NCBI GenBank assembly: GCA_944358795.1
Contig: CALVRW010000042.1
Coordinates: 1-52,746 of the forward strand
Reading direction: 5' to 3'
Origin: an uncultured Bacilli bacterium
GTDB lineage: Bacteria > Bacillota_I > Bacilli_A > RF39 > UBA660
Length of the DNA stretch: 52,746 bases
Numbering within the stretch: the first letter of the stretch is position 1; each line of letters starts with the position of its first letter. The position numbers and the translations under genes were made by a program. The notes below the pieces were generated by a model. It did not search any database. It was not told the origin of the DNA and saw nothing but the letters and a program-made list of their open reading frames with translations. Below are positions 1 through 11,814 of the stretch, one piece after another.

Positions 1-120
1 CCATTGCCGTAGTTATCTACAACTTTTTGCATAAAGACGATTGATTTGAATCAATCACTATTTATAAATAAACATAATTTTTATCGTATATACTATTGTA
101 AATATACTTAATCATGAAAA

Positions 121-951
121 TTAAGCATTCTTACTTAGCAATTCTTCTTTCTTTTTTTCAAATTCATCTGAGCTTATAATACCATCATCTAATAATTGTT
201 TGTACTCTCTAATTTGTTCAGGAATACTTTTAGCACCTTTATTTTCAATGATATTAAGGTTAGAAGAATTTAATTTATCAAATATAAATTGCTTTGCATC
301 TTCAAATTCTTTTTTGCACGCAGAATTAAGAGATATGCAATTAGGTTGTTTTGATGGATCATCATGTACATCATTAGACCAATAATTTAACCTTTTATTT
401 TCTAATCCTCCTGTTGATATTTCAAAATATCCAGTCATTAAGTGAAAATCTATTTCTACATTAGTTATCTTTGAATAAGGTATACTAAAATTACCTTTTC
501 CAAAAAAATGACCAGTCATAAATCCTTTTTTAATTATATATACTTTTTTATCAGTGCAAATTAAATATTCTTTAAATGCCCCTTTAATAGCTAATTCAAC
601 TTTTTCATCTTGTGAAATATTTATATCAATAATATTTTGAAGTTCCTTATTAGTAATATTCAAATCCGAAAAATCTTCATCATTATTATCATTTATATTT
701 ATTACATATTTCCACTTACCCGTATTTACTGAAATAAATTTTGTTTTATCATTTTCAATTTCAAAATCAATTGGTTTGGAATTTTTTAACATACCAGAAT
801 CTTTAATTACCAAAGAATGCGTTCCAGCATCCAACGTTAAAAATGCATTTGTATTTGCTTTATATTTACCTTTAAATTCATCATCAATGTATACTTGGAA
901 ATTACATAACAAACCAGATGCGTTACCGAATTCAATTTTAAGTTTTGCCAT
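121..951 (-). CDS. Bacterial PH-like domain protein with C-terminal SHOCT domain
   Basis: C-terminal IPEQIREYKQLLDDGIISSDEFEKKKEELL (SHOCT-like); central bPH-like segment (YLICTDKKVYII...IPYSKITNVE); GGAGG RBS. Confidence 0.7.
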   Translation of the reverse strand: MAKLKIEFGNASGLLCNFQVYIDDEFKGKYKANTNAFLTLDAGTHSLVIKDSGMLKNSKPIDFEIENDKTKFISVNTGKWKYVININDNNDEDFSDLNITNKELQNIIDINISQDEKVELAIKGAFKEYLICTDKKVYIIKKGFMTGHFFGKGNFSIPYSKITNVEIDFHLMTGYFEISTGGLENKRLNYWSNDVHDDPSKQPNCISLNSACKKEFEDAKQFIFDKLNSSNLNIIENKGAKSIPEQIREYKQLLDDGIISSDEFEKKKEELLSKNA

Positions 952-1039
952 TTATAATCCTCCTTAAGTTTATATATTAACCAAATTATTAATATCATAA
1001 TTAAATATATTATACACTATTTTTTTAATCTTTTAAAGA

Positions 1040-1816
1040 TTATTCCATTAAATCTTTGATTTTAATAATTTCTATATTTTGTAAATATTTAAATTTATAT
1101 TTGGCTTTATCTAACCATGAACCCACTGTCTTTTCAGTAATATAAAATTCAACATATGGTAAAATTGAACAGTTATATGCATCAATAACTGAATTAATCT
1201 CTATTGTTTTATTTGATTCATAAATAAACTGATTCATGATAAATGCCAAAACTTCTAATGATTTATATTTACCTAATTCTTTAATTTCAAAATAGTTTTC
1301 TTCAAATTTAAAAGTATCATTCATTGATTCTAGTAAATTTTTTTTAAATTTTAAATTCCAGTTTAGTCTTGTCTGTTTTTGTCTCAAACATACAATCTCT
1401 TTTTCAAATTTTTGTTTCATCTTTTTTAATGCTTTATCCATATTAGAATCATTTTCTATCAAATTTAAAATATCACTAAATTGAAAATTAAATAATGGAC
1501 TAGGCCCAGTTGCGAACATAATCATTTCCTGATTAAATTTGGAAGATGATTTTTCAAATTCTATTAATTGAGGAAAAGTATACATTATGGCAAGAGGAAA
1601 AATATTAAAAAATTTGATTATGTTTTTTCTAGTATCCCCTTTGGTTTTAGATAATTCAAACAAATTAAAACACGATGTAACAAACATAAAATTATCTACA
1701 CAAAACCTTTCCATAAATATTTTGCCCATCTTTCTTGTGTTTTTTGATATCTCATTAATTGAATTAGTATCTAAATATACAAGTCTATAACTATTACCAT
1801 TCGAAAATGTTATCAT
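1040..1816 (-). CDS. Hypothetical protein, possible PIN-like nuclease fold
   Basis: Start moved to ATG 1816 (GGAGTG RBS); VYLDTN near the N-terminus and VIDAY...FYITE near the C-terminus resemble PIN acidic motifs. Confidence 0.45.
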   Translation of the reverse strand: MITFSNGNSYRLVYLDTNSINEISKNTRKMGKIFMERFCVDNFMFVTSCFNLFELSKTKGDTRKNIIKFFNIFPLAIMYTFPQLIEFEKSSSKFNQEMIMFATGPSPLFNFQFSDILNLIENDSNMDKALKKMKQKFEKEIVCLRQKQTRLNWNLKFKKNLLESMNDTFKFEENYFEIKELGKYKSLEVLAFIMNQFIYESNKTIEINSVIDAYNCSILPYVEFYITEKTVGSWLDKAKYKFKYLQNIEIIKIKDLME

Positions 1817-1910
1817 TCTTATCACTCCTATCTTTATTATTAATGCAAATAAATTATAAGTAATTTGTTTAATAGCAATATTATATATTAAAAAAAATAA
1901 TATTAAATAC

Positions 1911-3284
1911 TTACAATTCAAAATCATCAGTTTTATTTTTATAATCTTTTTCTTTTGAAAATTTATATTCATCATGTATTTCATACATTTCTTCATCAGT
2001 AATTATTTTATGAGTGTATAAATCTCTAGCAAAATCATGATATAATTCTCGATCATCTCTGCTGAACATTTTTTTAGTAAGAAATTTGATTAAATTTTTT
2101 ATTCTATTAGTTAATGATATCAATTTAGATTTTAAAGAATTATTTTCTTCTTTTAAATCATATATTTCATTTTCTTGTTTATCTATTTTATCTTCAAGAG
2201 TAGAAACTCTTAAATTAAGTGCTTCATTATTTTCAGCAAGTGTTTTAATCTTTTTTCTATTATCTTGTAGTTCATCGTTAACATTATTTAAAGTAACTGA
2301 CAAAGTTTTTATTTGTTCATAATCTTTATTTGTACTTTCAACCTTATCTACATATTTCAAAAGTTTATTTTTATCTTCTTCTTTTAAAATATATTTATCT
2401 TTGCTAGTTAGAGTTGTTTTTAAATCATTAATTAAATCTTTTACTTCTTTAGAATCAAAATCTAGTTCTAAAGATTTTTTATTGGCTTGATCTAAATCAT
2501 TTTGTCTTTTATCAAGTTCTTTTTTCATTTCAGCATAATTAGTCATGTCTTTAACATTAATATCTTTATTTCTACCTTTTTGCTTAGTTTTAAGAGTAAA
2601 GTTTAGATTATATTCTTTATTAAATGATTCAATACAAAGCGTTCTCATTTTATCTTGTAATACTCTTAAAGAATCTTTAGTAAATACATCTGACTTACCA
2701 ATTTGTTTAGATAAACCATATTTATTTTTATTCTTAATTGGAATACCTACAATATGCATATGTGGAGAAGTTTCATCATAATGAATAATTGCACTCGCTA
2801 CCTTAAAGTTAGGTAGTAATAATTCTAAATCTTCAACTTGTTTAGTATAAACACTAGTCATTCTTTTTTTGAAATTATCATCTTTTGTATCCCAATAAGT
2901 TTTATCTCCAAGTTCTATTATAAGTTCACAAGCTAAATCATTTTTACTATTATTACTAACATAATCAAAATAATTTTTTATCTTTCTATCATCTCTTTTT
3001 TGTTTATCATTATATTCTTTTAATGAATAATCAAATTCTTTATGATAAATATTTTTAACATCATCTACTAAAGAAGTAGTTCCTCTTACGATAGCTATAT
3101 TTTCATTTTCGTTATCATATTTTCTATAATTATGATTATCAACTCTAGAAAGTTGCCTTGCATTTTGAATAGCATTATTACTTAAAGAAGTAGAGCCACT
3201 TTTATTATTTTTAGCCATATTTCTTGAACTTGTCTTTTTATTTTTATCACTACCCAAATGTAGTGAATAAGATAGATTATCCAT
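1911..3284 (-). CDS. MobV/Pre-family relaxase with coiled-coil tail
   Basis: HNYR motif and HYDETSPHMH (HxDExxPHxH) motif; long heptad-rich C-terminus. Confidence 0.88.
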   Translation of the reverse strand: MDNLSYSLHLGSDKNKKTSSRNMAKNNKSGSTSLSNNAIQNARQLSRVDNHNYRKYDNENENIAIVRGTTSLVDDVKNIYHKEFDYSLKEYNDKQKRDDRKIKNYFDYVSNNSKNDLACELIIELGDKTYWDTKDDNFKKRMTSVYTKQVEDLELLLPNFKVASAIIHYDETSPHMHIVGIPIKNKNKYGLSKQIGKSDVFTKDSLRVLQDKMRTLCIESFNKEYNLNFTLKTKQKGRNKDINVKDMTNYAEMKKELDKRQNDLDQANKKSLELDFDSKEVKDLINDLKTTLTSKDKYILKEEDKNKLLKYVDKVESTNKDYEQIKTLSVTLNNVNDELQDNRKKIKTLAENNEALNLRVSTLEDKIDKQENEIYDLKEENNSLKSKLISLTNRIKNLIKFLTKKMFSRDDRELYHDFARDLYTHKIITDEEMYEIHDEYKFSKEKDYKNKTDDFEL

Positions 3285-3634
3285 CAAAATCACACTCCTT
3301 TTTAAACATAATTTTTTTATGACAAAATGTTTAACCCCCTAGGTATTTCGGCAGAGCCAAAATTCCAGTGGGCTAAGGACAATTTCCTTAGAATCCTTTT
3401 TATAATTATCTATCGCTACTTTCACAAGTAAACTTGCAAAACGTACCACGATAATTATTTCTTTATTTCGTAATATAATTGTGTACTACACAATATATAA
3501 AACTCATAAAGGGTTGATGAAAATATTTTATTCTTATAAAACACTTTCTTTTTGATTAGTTTAATCACTTTCATTACTTCGTAACAAAACGCGCGTTAAA
3601 CTATATTTACTTTTTTATAAAAAGTAAGCAAAAA

Positions 3635-5563
<1,929 letters not shown>

Positions 5564-5565
5564 TC

Positions 5566-5617
5566 AAAAAAAGAGGAGACAAAAGCATTAGGGATACTAA
5601 TACCTTTGACTCCTCTT
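5566..5617 (-). terminator. Intrinsic terminator/attenuator directly upstream of the recombinase RBS
   Basis: Minus-strand AAGAGGAG-TCAAAG-GTATTAG...CTAATGC-TTTTGT-CTCCTCTT followed by a T run. Confidence 0.7.
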
Positions 5618-5671
5618 ACAGTAATTTTTACTATTTATAAATGATATACCTTTTAATATGTTTTTGACCAT
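5597..5671 (-). CDS. Putative 24-aa leader peptide MVKNILKGISFINSKNYCKRSQRY
   Basis: GAGGT RBS; the stop codon lies within the attenuator hairpin; below the ORF-track size cutoff. Confidence 0.4.
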   Translation of the reverse strand: MVKNILKGISFINSKNYCKRSQRY

Positions 5672-5727
5672 AGTTGTACCTCGCTTTTCTAAAACGACTG
5701 ATACTGCTTGTCATTTATTGCTTATAT

Positions 5728-5755
5728 ATAATATCACTTTAAATTTTAAAGTCAA
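5728..5755 (-). promoter_or_regulatory. SigA-type promoter for the recombinase leader
   Basis: TTGACT-16 bp-TATTAT with TGn extension. Confidence 0.55.
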
Positions 5756-5761
5756 TAGGTA

Positions 5762-6034
5762 TTAGTTATTCTTAATGTAATCTTCAAGTTCTGATATTTT
5801 AATTTTCTTACTTAAATTAGAAATATAAATTACGTTCGAATAATTAAAAGCAAGATATAAATTACCTTTAATAGTTATTCTATGAGGTTCTACATAAGTA
5901 AGATTAGTTTTATCAATTCTTCTAATACTTCCATTTTCAATAGTTGGGGTAGTATTACAAAAATCACATATAATCATTATTCTTTGTTTTAGAGATTCCT
6001 CAATTTCTATTTCTTGCTTTATAAACTTTATCAT
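5762..6034 (-). CDS. Small hypothetical protein of the element
   Basis: ORF with ATG 6034 and a plausible RBS, between ssrA and the recombinase; no recognised motif. Confidence 0.6.
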   Translation of the reverse strand: MIKFIKQEIEIEESLKQRIMIICDFCNTTPTIENGSIRRIDKTNLTYVEPHRITIKGNLYLAFNYSNVIYISNLSKKIKISELEDYIKNN

Positions 6035-6070
6035 AAACACCAACCTTTCTTTTGATTGGCTCAATAAATC

Positions 6071-6099
6071 AAAAAAAGAACCAATCCTAAGATTGATTC
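6071..6099 (-). terminator. Terminator downstream of tmRNA
   Basis: GAATCAATC-TTAG-GATTGGTTC followed by T7 on the minus strand. Confidence 0.7.
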
Positions 6100-6138
6100 A
6101 TATATCAAAAGTTCGAAAAGTTCGAACAGATTCGTCAA

Positions 6139-6506
6139 TGGTGGAGCTGGCGAGAATCGAACTCGCGTCCGAATATAAAACAACTTAAATATCTACAAGT
6201 TTAGTTGGATTGTTTATTTCCTATAAAGTGTTAGAACCCAACAACTCACTTTATAGTAAGTCTAATAAAATTCGTTATCTAATCTAGACTACTAGATAAT
6301 ATATCTTACTAAATCGCGCCTCGTTATTACCCCGTAAGAAAAAGTAATAGGAAGCTTGGTCGCTATATTCTATTAAGCGAAAGTTGGAGCGAATGCTCCA
6401 CCAAAATTAAATTTATTTTTTCCAGTTATTTTCTGTTTTGTACGTAACGTGTACCTCCGACTTGCAATCTAAACCATCCTATACCCGTCGAAACCTGGAC
6501 AGCCCC
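6139..6506 (-). ncRNA. ssrA: tmRNA; tag (A)GKNKFNFGGAFAPTFA**
   Basis: 5' GGGGCTG, 3' GCGAGTTCGATTCTCGCCAGCTCCACCA; ATAACT before the resume codon GGA (6423); tag ORF ends TAA TAG; follows smpB. Confidence 0.96.
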
Positions 6507-6566
6507 ATGTGATATTATTATATCACTATATTTTACTTTCGACAATTCCAAATGATACCATTTATG

Positions 6567-7007
6567 TTAATAATTTTTTAATGTTTTTCTAATTTCTCGT
6601 TCCGTATCTCGTTTCTTAATTGTCTCTCTTTTATCGTAATTCTTTTTTCCTTTTGCTACACCAAGTAATATTTTTGCATGATTTGCTTTAAAATATAATT
6701 TTAATGGTACTAACGTATACCCTTCTAAACGAATTTTATCATTTAATTTTAATATTTCTTTTTTATGTAACAACAACTTTCTTGTTCTTGTTTCATCATG
6801 ATTAAAAATATTACCTTCTTTATAAATACTAATATGTGCATTTAATAAATAACATTCATTATTTCTAATAATTGCATAACTATCTTTTAGTTGTGCATGT
6901 CCATTACGAATTGATTTAATCTCTGTTCCAGTAAGTACAATTCCTGCTTCTATTGTATCGGTTATTTCATAGTCATATTTTGCTTTTCTATTATGAATCT
7001 CAATCAT
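6567..7007 (-). CDS. smpB: SsrA-binding protein
   Basis: [41 protein letters not shown]. Confidence 0.98.
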   Translation of the reverse strand: MIEIHNRKAKYDYEITDTIEAGIVLTGTEIKSIRNGHAQLKDSYAIIRNNECYLLNAHISIYKEGNIFNHDETRTRKLLLHKKEILKLNDKIRLEGYTLVPLKLYFKANHAKILLGVAKGKKNYDKRETIKKRDTEREIRKTLKNY

Positions 7008-7055
7008 GTTCTCACCTCACAAACTCATTATGCCTTATTTTAAAAGAAAAAGCAA

Positions 7056-9170
7056 CTATTCGTTACTTTCCTTTTTTTCATCAACTAATTCAAAATCAAT
7101 TGTTTTCGTTTCTTTATTGGCATTTACCACTACGATTTTTACTCGATCTCCTAATCGATATCCACGTTTATTATTTTCACTACAGATAGAGAAAGTTGAT
7201 TCATCGAAGTAATAATGATCTCCTTTGATACTATCTAATCGAATTAATCCTTCTACTAAGTTATCTAATTCTACAAACATTCCAAAGTTAAGAACACTAC
7301 TGATCATTCCTTCATATTCTTCTCCGATATGTTTCATCATATATTCAGCTTTCTTCATATCATCTACTTCACGTTCACAACTAATGGCATCACGTTCTTT
7401 TTGTGATACATGTTCACAAAGTGCTGGTAACTTATGTTCCCAATAATCTTTTGTTCCTTTGTCCATGTGATTATTAAAAATATAAGTACGAAGCAAACGA
7501 TGTACAGTTGTATCTGGATAACGACGAATTGGTGAAGTAAAATGGGTATAATATTTACTTGCAAGTCCATAGTGACCAATATTATGTTCTGAATATACTG
7601 CTTTTTGCATACTTCTTAAAAGTAAACTAGATAATAAGTGGAATTCTTTTTTATCACTTAATTCCTTTAATATTCGTTGCATTGTTTTTGGATGAATATC
7701 GGTTAATTTTCCACTAACATTATAACCTAATTGATGAATGAAACGAATAAAGTTTTGAATCTTTTCTTCATCTGGCTCTCCATGAACACGGTAAATAAAT
7801 GGTAATTCTAAGAAATAAATATGGGTTGCTACTGTTTCATTGGCAACAATCATAAAATCTTCAATTAGGTTTTCTCCTTTACCACGTTCTCTTTTTACAA
7901 CGTCAATTGCTTCCCCTTTTTCATTTACGACAATTTTCGCCTCATCAATACCAAAATCAATATATCCACGGCTAATCTTTTCTTTTCTTAATACTTGTGC
8001 TAGTTCTTCGCATTGTAATAATACTTCTTGGAATGGTTCATATCCTTCAGGAACACTGATTCCATCTAAAATCTGATTAACATTTTTATAAGTCATTCTA
8101 AGATTAGAATTAATAATACTTGGATAAATATCATAAGAAACAACTTTTCCTTTTTCATTAATTTCCATTTCACAAGTTACTGCTAAACGATCGACATTTC
8201 CATTTAAAGAGCAAATACCATTTGATAATTTATGTGGTAACATTGGGATAACACGGTCGGCTAGATAAACACTGGTACCTCTCATCATTGCATCTTCATC
8301 AATTACAGAATTTTCTTTTACATAGTAACTAACATCGGCAATATGAACCCATAAATGATGATTTCCATTTGGTAATTTTTCGTAACTAATTGCGTCATCT
8401 AAATCTTTCGCATCATCACCATCAATCGTAAATGTTACTAACTGACGTAAATCTTTTCTACCTTCTTTATCTTCTTCTCTTACTTCATCAGGAAGTTTTG
8501 CAACTGCTTCCATTACTTCTTCAGGAAATTCTTCTTCAATTCCAAATTTATTTACAATGGATAAAATATCAACACCAGGATCATTTTTATGTCCTAATAT
8601 TTTTAATACTTGTCCTTTATAACAATTTCCTTGTAATTTATTTAATATTTTTACCAATACTTTATGACCATTCATTGCTCCTAAAGATAACTCTTTATCA
8701 ATTTCAATATCAATTTTTACTTTATCTTCATCTAATTCAACATGACCTTTTCCTTGTTTATAATAAAATTCTCCTACCATTGGTTTAAATTTTCGTTCTA
8801 CAATTTTAACGATTCTTCCTTCTAAATCAGTTCCTTTCTTAGAAGTAATTTCTACTACAACTTTATCGCCATGAATCGCGTTATTCATATTTGTAGGGGC
8901 TACGAAAACATCAATATCACCTTCGATATCAACAAAACCAAATCCTCGCTTATTTCCTATCATACGTCCTATTTTTAAGTTACTATTATTAAATAACATA
9001 TATTTATTTTTATTCGTATGATATACTTTTAAATTTCGTTCCATTTCATTTAACGTTTTCATCATTTCTTTTAATTCATCTAACGTTGTTAAACCAAGTG
9101 CTTCTTCTAATTCAGAAACACTATATGCTTTATTTTCTTTTTTTAGAAACTCTAATAATCTTTCTTCCAT
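7056..9170 (-). CDS. rnr: Ribonuclease R
   Basis: CSD domains, TIDGDDAKDLDDA, HFTSPIRRYPD, C-terminal S1 domain; rnr-smpB-ssrA synteny. Confidence 0.97.
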   Translation of the reverse strand: MEERLLEFLKKENKAYSVSELEEALGLTTLDELKEMMKTLNEMERNLKVYHTNKNKYMLFNNSNLKIGRMIGNKRGFGFVDIEGDIDVFVAPTNMNNAIHGDKVVVEITSKKGTDLEGRIVKIVERKFKPMVGEFYYKQGKGHVELDEDKVKIDIEIDKELSLGAMNGHKVLVKILNKLQGNCYKGQVLKILGHKNDPGVDILSIVNKFGIEEEFPEEVMEAVAKLPDEVREEDKEGRKDLRQLVTFTIDGDDAKDLDDAISYEKLPNGNHHLWVHIADVSYYVKENSVIDEDAMMRGTSVYLADRVIPMLPHKLSNGICSLNGNVDRLAVTCEMEINEKGKVVSYDIYPSIINSNLRMTYKNVNQILDGISVPEGYEPFQEVLLQCEELAQVLRKEKISRGYIDFGIDEAKIVVNEKGEAIDVVKRERGKGENLIEDFMIVANETVATHIYFLELPFIYRVHGEPDEEKIQNFIRFIHQLGYNVSGKLTDIHPKTMQRILKELSDKKEFHLLSSLLLRSMQKAVYSEHNIGHYGLASKYYTHFTSPIRRYPDTTVHRLLRTYIFNNHMDKGTKDYWEHKLPALCEHVSQKERDAISCEREVDDMKKAEYMMKHIGEEYEGMISSVLNFGMFVELDNLVEGLIRLDSIKGDHYYFDESTFSICSENNKRGYRLGDRVKIVVVNANKETKTIDFELVDEKKESNE

Positions 9171-9264
9171 AGTCTCACCTACTATCATTATAGACGAAAT
9201 TACTTATAAAATATAGTAAATTGTTAATTTCTTTACTAAACTTGACAAAAAAAGGTCTTATTTT

Positions 9265-9489
9265 TCAAGACCTATTTTTTACTTTTTCTCTTACTTTTTC
9301 TAATAATTCTTCTTCTGTATCGGCAATCACTGGAATATGATTCACAATCACAAATGGTTTGGTTCTACCAATTCCACATAAATTATGACAACGAATATCA
9401 ATTTGTGCTTGCGGATCAATTTCTTTTAATTTTGGTACTAATGTTTTAATATTAGTACCTTTACACTTATCACATACTTTAAAAATCAT
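9265..9489 (-). CDS. DUF1450 (YuzB-like) small Cys-containing protein
   Basis: CDKC...CHNLCGIGRTKPFVIVN pattern. Confidence 0.7.
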   Translation of the reverse strand: MIFKVCDKCKGTNIKTLVPKLKEIDPQAQIDIRCHNLCGIGRTKPFVIVNHIPVIADTEEELLEKVREKVKNRS

Positions 9490-9493
9490 ATAA

Positions 9494-10066
9494 TTATTTA
9501 TCTAGTAGGATTTCTACGATATCTCCTGTTTTTAATAAATTCGCATTCGCATCATCTGTATCTAAGTGTAACTCTAAAGTAGATTTTTCTTGTTCTTTTA
9601 CAAATACATCAAACAAAATGGCACTTTTTTCTCCAGATGTCTTTACTACTACTTTTTCTACATCTGTAAGTCCATAACGAATACGATCTTGTGGTGTAAT
9701 ATGTAAATGACGATTTGCTAGAATACAGCAATTTTCTTTTACAATACTTCCTTTAGGACCAATGATTTCTACTGTTTCACTATTTTGTAGATCTCCGGAA
9801 TCTCTTACTGGTGGATTAATCCCTAATTTAATCGCATCAGATTTTGATATTTCTACTTGTGTATAATTACGAATTGGTCCAATCACTCTTACTTTTGAAA
9901 ACTCTGATTTTGCTGTTTTAATCGTAACAAAAGAAGAACTAGCGAATTGTCCTGGTTGAACTAATTCTTTTACTACTTCTAGTTCACTATCTTCACCAAA
10001 TAATAGTTTAAAGTCCTCTAAACAAAGATGGACATGACGATTTGATACCCCTAATTGTACTTTCAT
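9494..10066 (-). CDS. pduL: PduL-type phosphate acyltransferase
   Basis: GVSNRHVHL, VRDSGDL, ANRHLH, LELHLDTDDANA. Confidence 0.92.
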   Translation of the reverse strand: MKVQLGVSNRHVHLCLEDFKLLFGEDSELEVVKELVQPGQFASSSFVTIKTAKSEFSKVRVIGPIRNYTQVEISKSDAIKLGINPPVRDSGDLQNSETVEIIGPKGSIVKENCCILANRHLHITPQDRIRYGLTDVEKVVVKTSGEKSAILFDVFVKEQEKSTLELHLDTDDANANLLKTGDIVEILLDK

Positions 10067-10123
10067 TTTCTACCTCCAACATGGGAATTATATCAAAATT
10101 AAAACTTGATAGCAAGATAATTT

Positions 10124-10151
10124 GTATATTTTTATTTCTAGTTCATATAGT
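10124..10151 (+). promoter_or_regulatory. SigE-type promoter of gerQ
   Basis: GTATATTT-12 bp-CATATAGT matches the sigma-E consensus; gerQ is SigE-dependent in B. subtilis. Confidence 0.6.
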
Positions 10152-10169
10152 TTAGTAAGAGGTGAAAAA

Positions 10170-10541
10170 ATGAATCAAAATTCAAATAATATGTTTCCTG
10201 CTATGAATCAAGGATTTCCTGGTACTCCCATTTATACATCGAATGGAACTCCTACACCAAATCAACAATTAGCGCCTTCTTTAACAACTGCTGAACGTTC
10301 TTTTATTGAAAATATTTTACGTGGTAATAAAGGTAAACAAGTCGATATTTACATGACCTTTACTGATTCAACAGAATGGCGTGATCAAGTATTTTCTGGA
10401 ATTTTAGAAGAAGCAGGTCCAGACCATATTATTATTAGCCAACCATCTACAGGAAACTGGTATTTATTACAAATAATTTATCTAGATTATATTAAATTTT
10501 CAGAACCAATTAATTATGGTCCAAAACCTTTTATAGGCTAA
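10170..10541 (+). CDS. gerQ: Spore coat protein GerQ
   Basis: ERSFIENILRGNKGK, FSGILEEAGPDHIIIS, YLDYIKFSEPINY; Pro/Gln-rich N-terminus; terminator hairpin at 10535-10554. Confidence 0.9.
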   Translation: MNQNSNNMFPAMNQGFPGTPIYTSNGTPTPNQQLAPSLTTAERSFIENILRGNKGKQVDIYMTFTDSTEWRDQVFSGILEEAGPDHIIISQPSTGNWYLLQIIYLDYIKFSEPINYGPKPFIG

Positions 10542-10612
10542 TTAGCCTTTTTTTATTTGGAATGATATTGTACATTTAAATTAAGTTTGCTATAATGGAT
10601 TAAGGTGATAGT

Positions 10613-11158
10613 ATGACATTATTTATCATTTTATTAATTTTATGTATTCTAATTTGTTTACTTAGTATTTGGTATATTACAACTTATAATCGTTTTCAAA
10701 GTTTTGTTGTTCGCTTAAATGAATCAGAAGCAAGTATCGATACAACACTACGTAAACGTTTTGATTTATTAAATAAATCCATTAGTATTATCAAAGCAAA
10801 TGCTGAAATCGAGGGAGAACTACTAGAAGATATTGTAAAACTACGTTCTCGTAAACTAACAAATTTTGAATTAGATCGAAAATTATATGATGCGATTAAT
10901 GAATTTAATACCTATAAAGAAAAATATCCTGTTTTGATGACCAGTGAAAGCTTTGTTAAAATTGATACCGGTCTTGTTGAAACAGAAACAGAAATTTATG
11001 CATCACGCAAATATTACAATGATATTGTTACAGATTACAATAAATATATTCGTTCTTTCCCATCTAATATTGTTGGAAAATTATGTCATTTAAAAGAAAA
11101 AACTTATTTTGATGGAAAAGATATGAATGATGATATTTTAAATGATTTTAAACTATAA
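10613..11158 (+). CDS. LemA family protein
   Basis: N-terminal TM helix, LRKRFDLL, YPVL, SRKYYNDIVTDYN, FPSNIVG. Confidence 0.9.
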   Translation: MTLFIILLILCILICLLSIWYITTYNRFQSFVVRLNESEASIDTTLRKRFDLLNKSISIIKANAEIEGELLEDIVKLRSRKLTNFELDRKLYDAINEFNTYKEKYPVLMTSESFVKIDTGLVETETEIYASRKYYNDIVTDYNKYIRSFPSNIVGKLCHLKEKTYFDGKDMNDDILNDFKL

Positions 11159-11163
11159 AAGTT

Positions 11164-11814
11164 TCAGATTGATTTTTCTGAAACTTTTTTCTTATTCTTT
11201 TTATAATAGTTACATTGTTCTTTTAATTTACAAGTATCACATAATGGATTTCTTGCTTTACAATAATATCGACCAAATAATAAAATTTGATGATGCATCT
11301 TATTTAACTTTTCTGGTGGAATTAACTTCGTTAATTTTTTTTCTACAGTTAAAACATCATCTTTTTCTCTAGCAAAACCAAGTCTTTTAGAAACACGTTC
11401 AACATGGGTATCAACAGCAATACAAGGTACATTATAAATATTACTTAGTACTACGTTTGCAGTCTTTCTTCCAACACCTGGAAGTTGTTCTAAATAATCA
11501 CGGTCATTGGGAACAATCCCACCTACTTCTAATAATTTTTTAGAAATTTCAATCACATTTTTCGCTTTTTTAGAATATGTTCCAATTGGACGAATAATAC
11601 GGATAATATCTTTGATATCTGCATTAGCAAAAGCTTCTAATGTTGGATATTTTTGAAATAAAATTTCCGTTACAGAGTTCACTCGCACATCCGTTGTCTG
11701 TGCAGAAAGCATGACCGCTAATAATAACTCATAATCTTTTGTATAATTTAGTTCACAGCGAGGATTAGGAATTAATTCATCTAAATACGCATAGAAAAAA
11801 TCATTCATGGTCAT
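11164..11814 (-). CDS. nth: Endonuclease III
   Basis: LSAQTTD, HhH motif LPGVGRKTANVV, VDTHV, CKARNPLCDTCKLKEQC Fe-S cluster. Confidence 0.96.
   Translation of the reverse strand: MTMNDFFYAYLDELIPNPRCELNYTKDYELLLAVMLSAQTTDVRVNSVTEILFQKYPTLEAFANADIKDIIRIIRPIGTYSKKAKNVIEISKKLLEVGGIVPNDRDYLEQLPGVGRKTANVVLSNIYNVPCIAVDTHVERVSKRLGFAREKDDVLTVEKKLTKLIPPEKLNKMHHQILLFGRYYCKARNPLCDTCKLKEQCNYYKKNKKKVSEKSI

Noticed and set aside
1817-1996. N-terminal extension of the PIN-like ORF overlapping mob
   Set aside because: AT-rich read-through; the RBS supports ATG 1816.
6139-6175. tRNA gene
   Set aside because: This tRNA-like arm is the 3' end of tmRNA; it pairs with GGGGCTG at 6500-6506.
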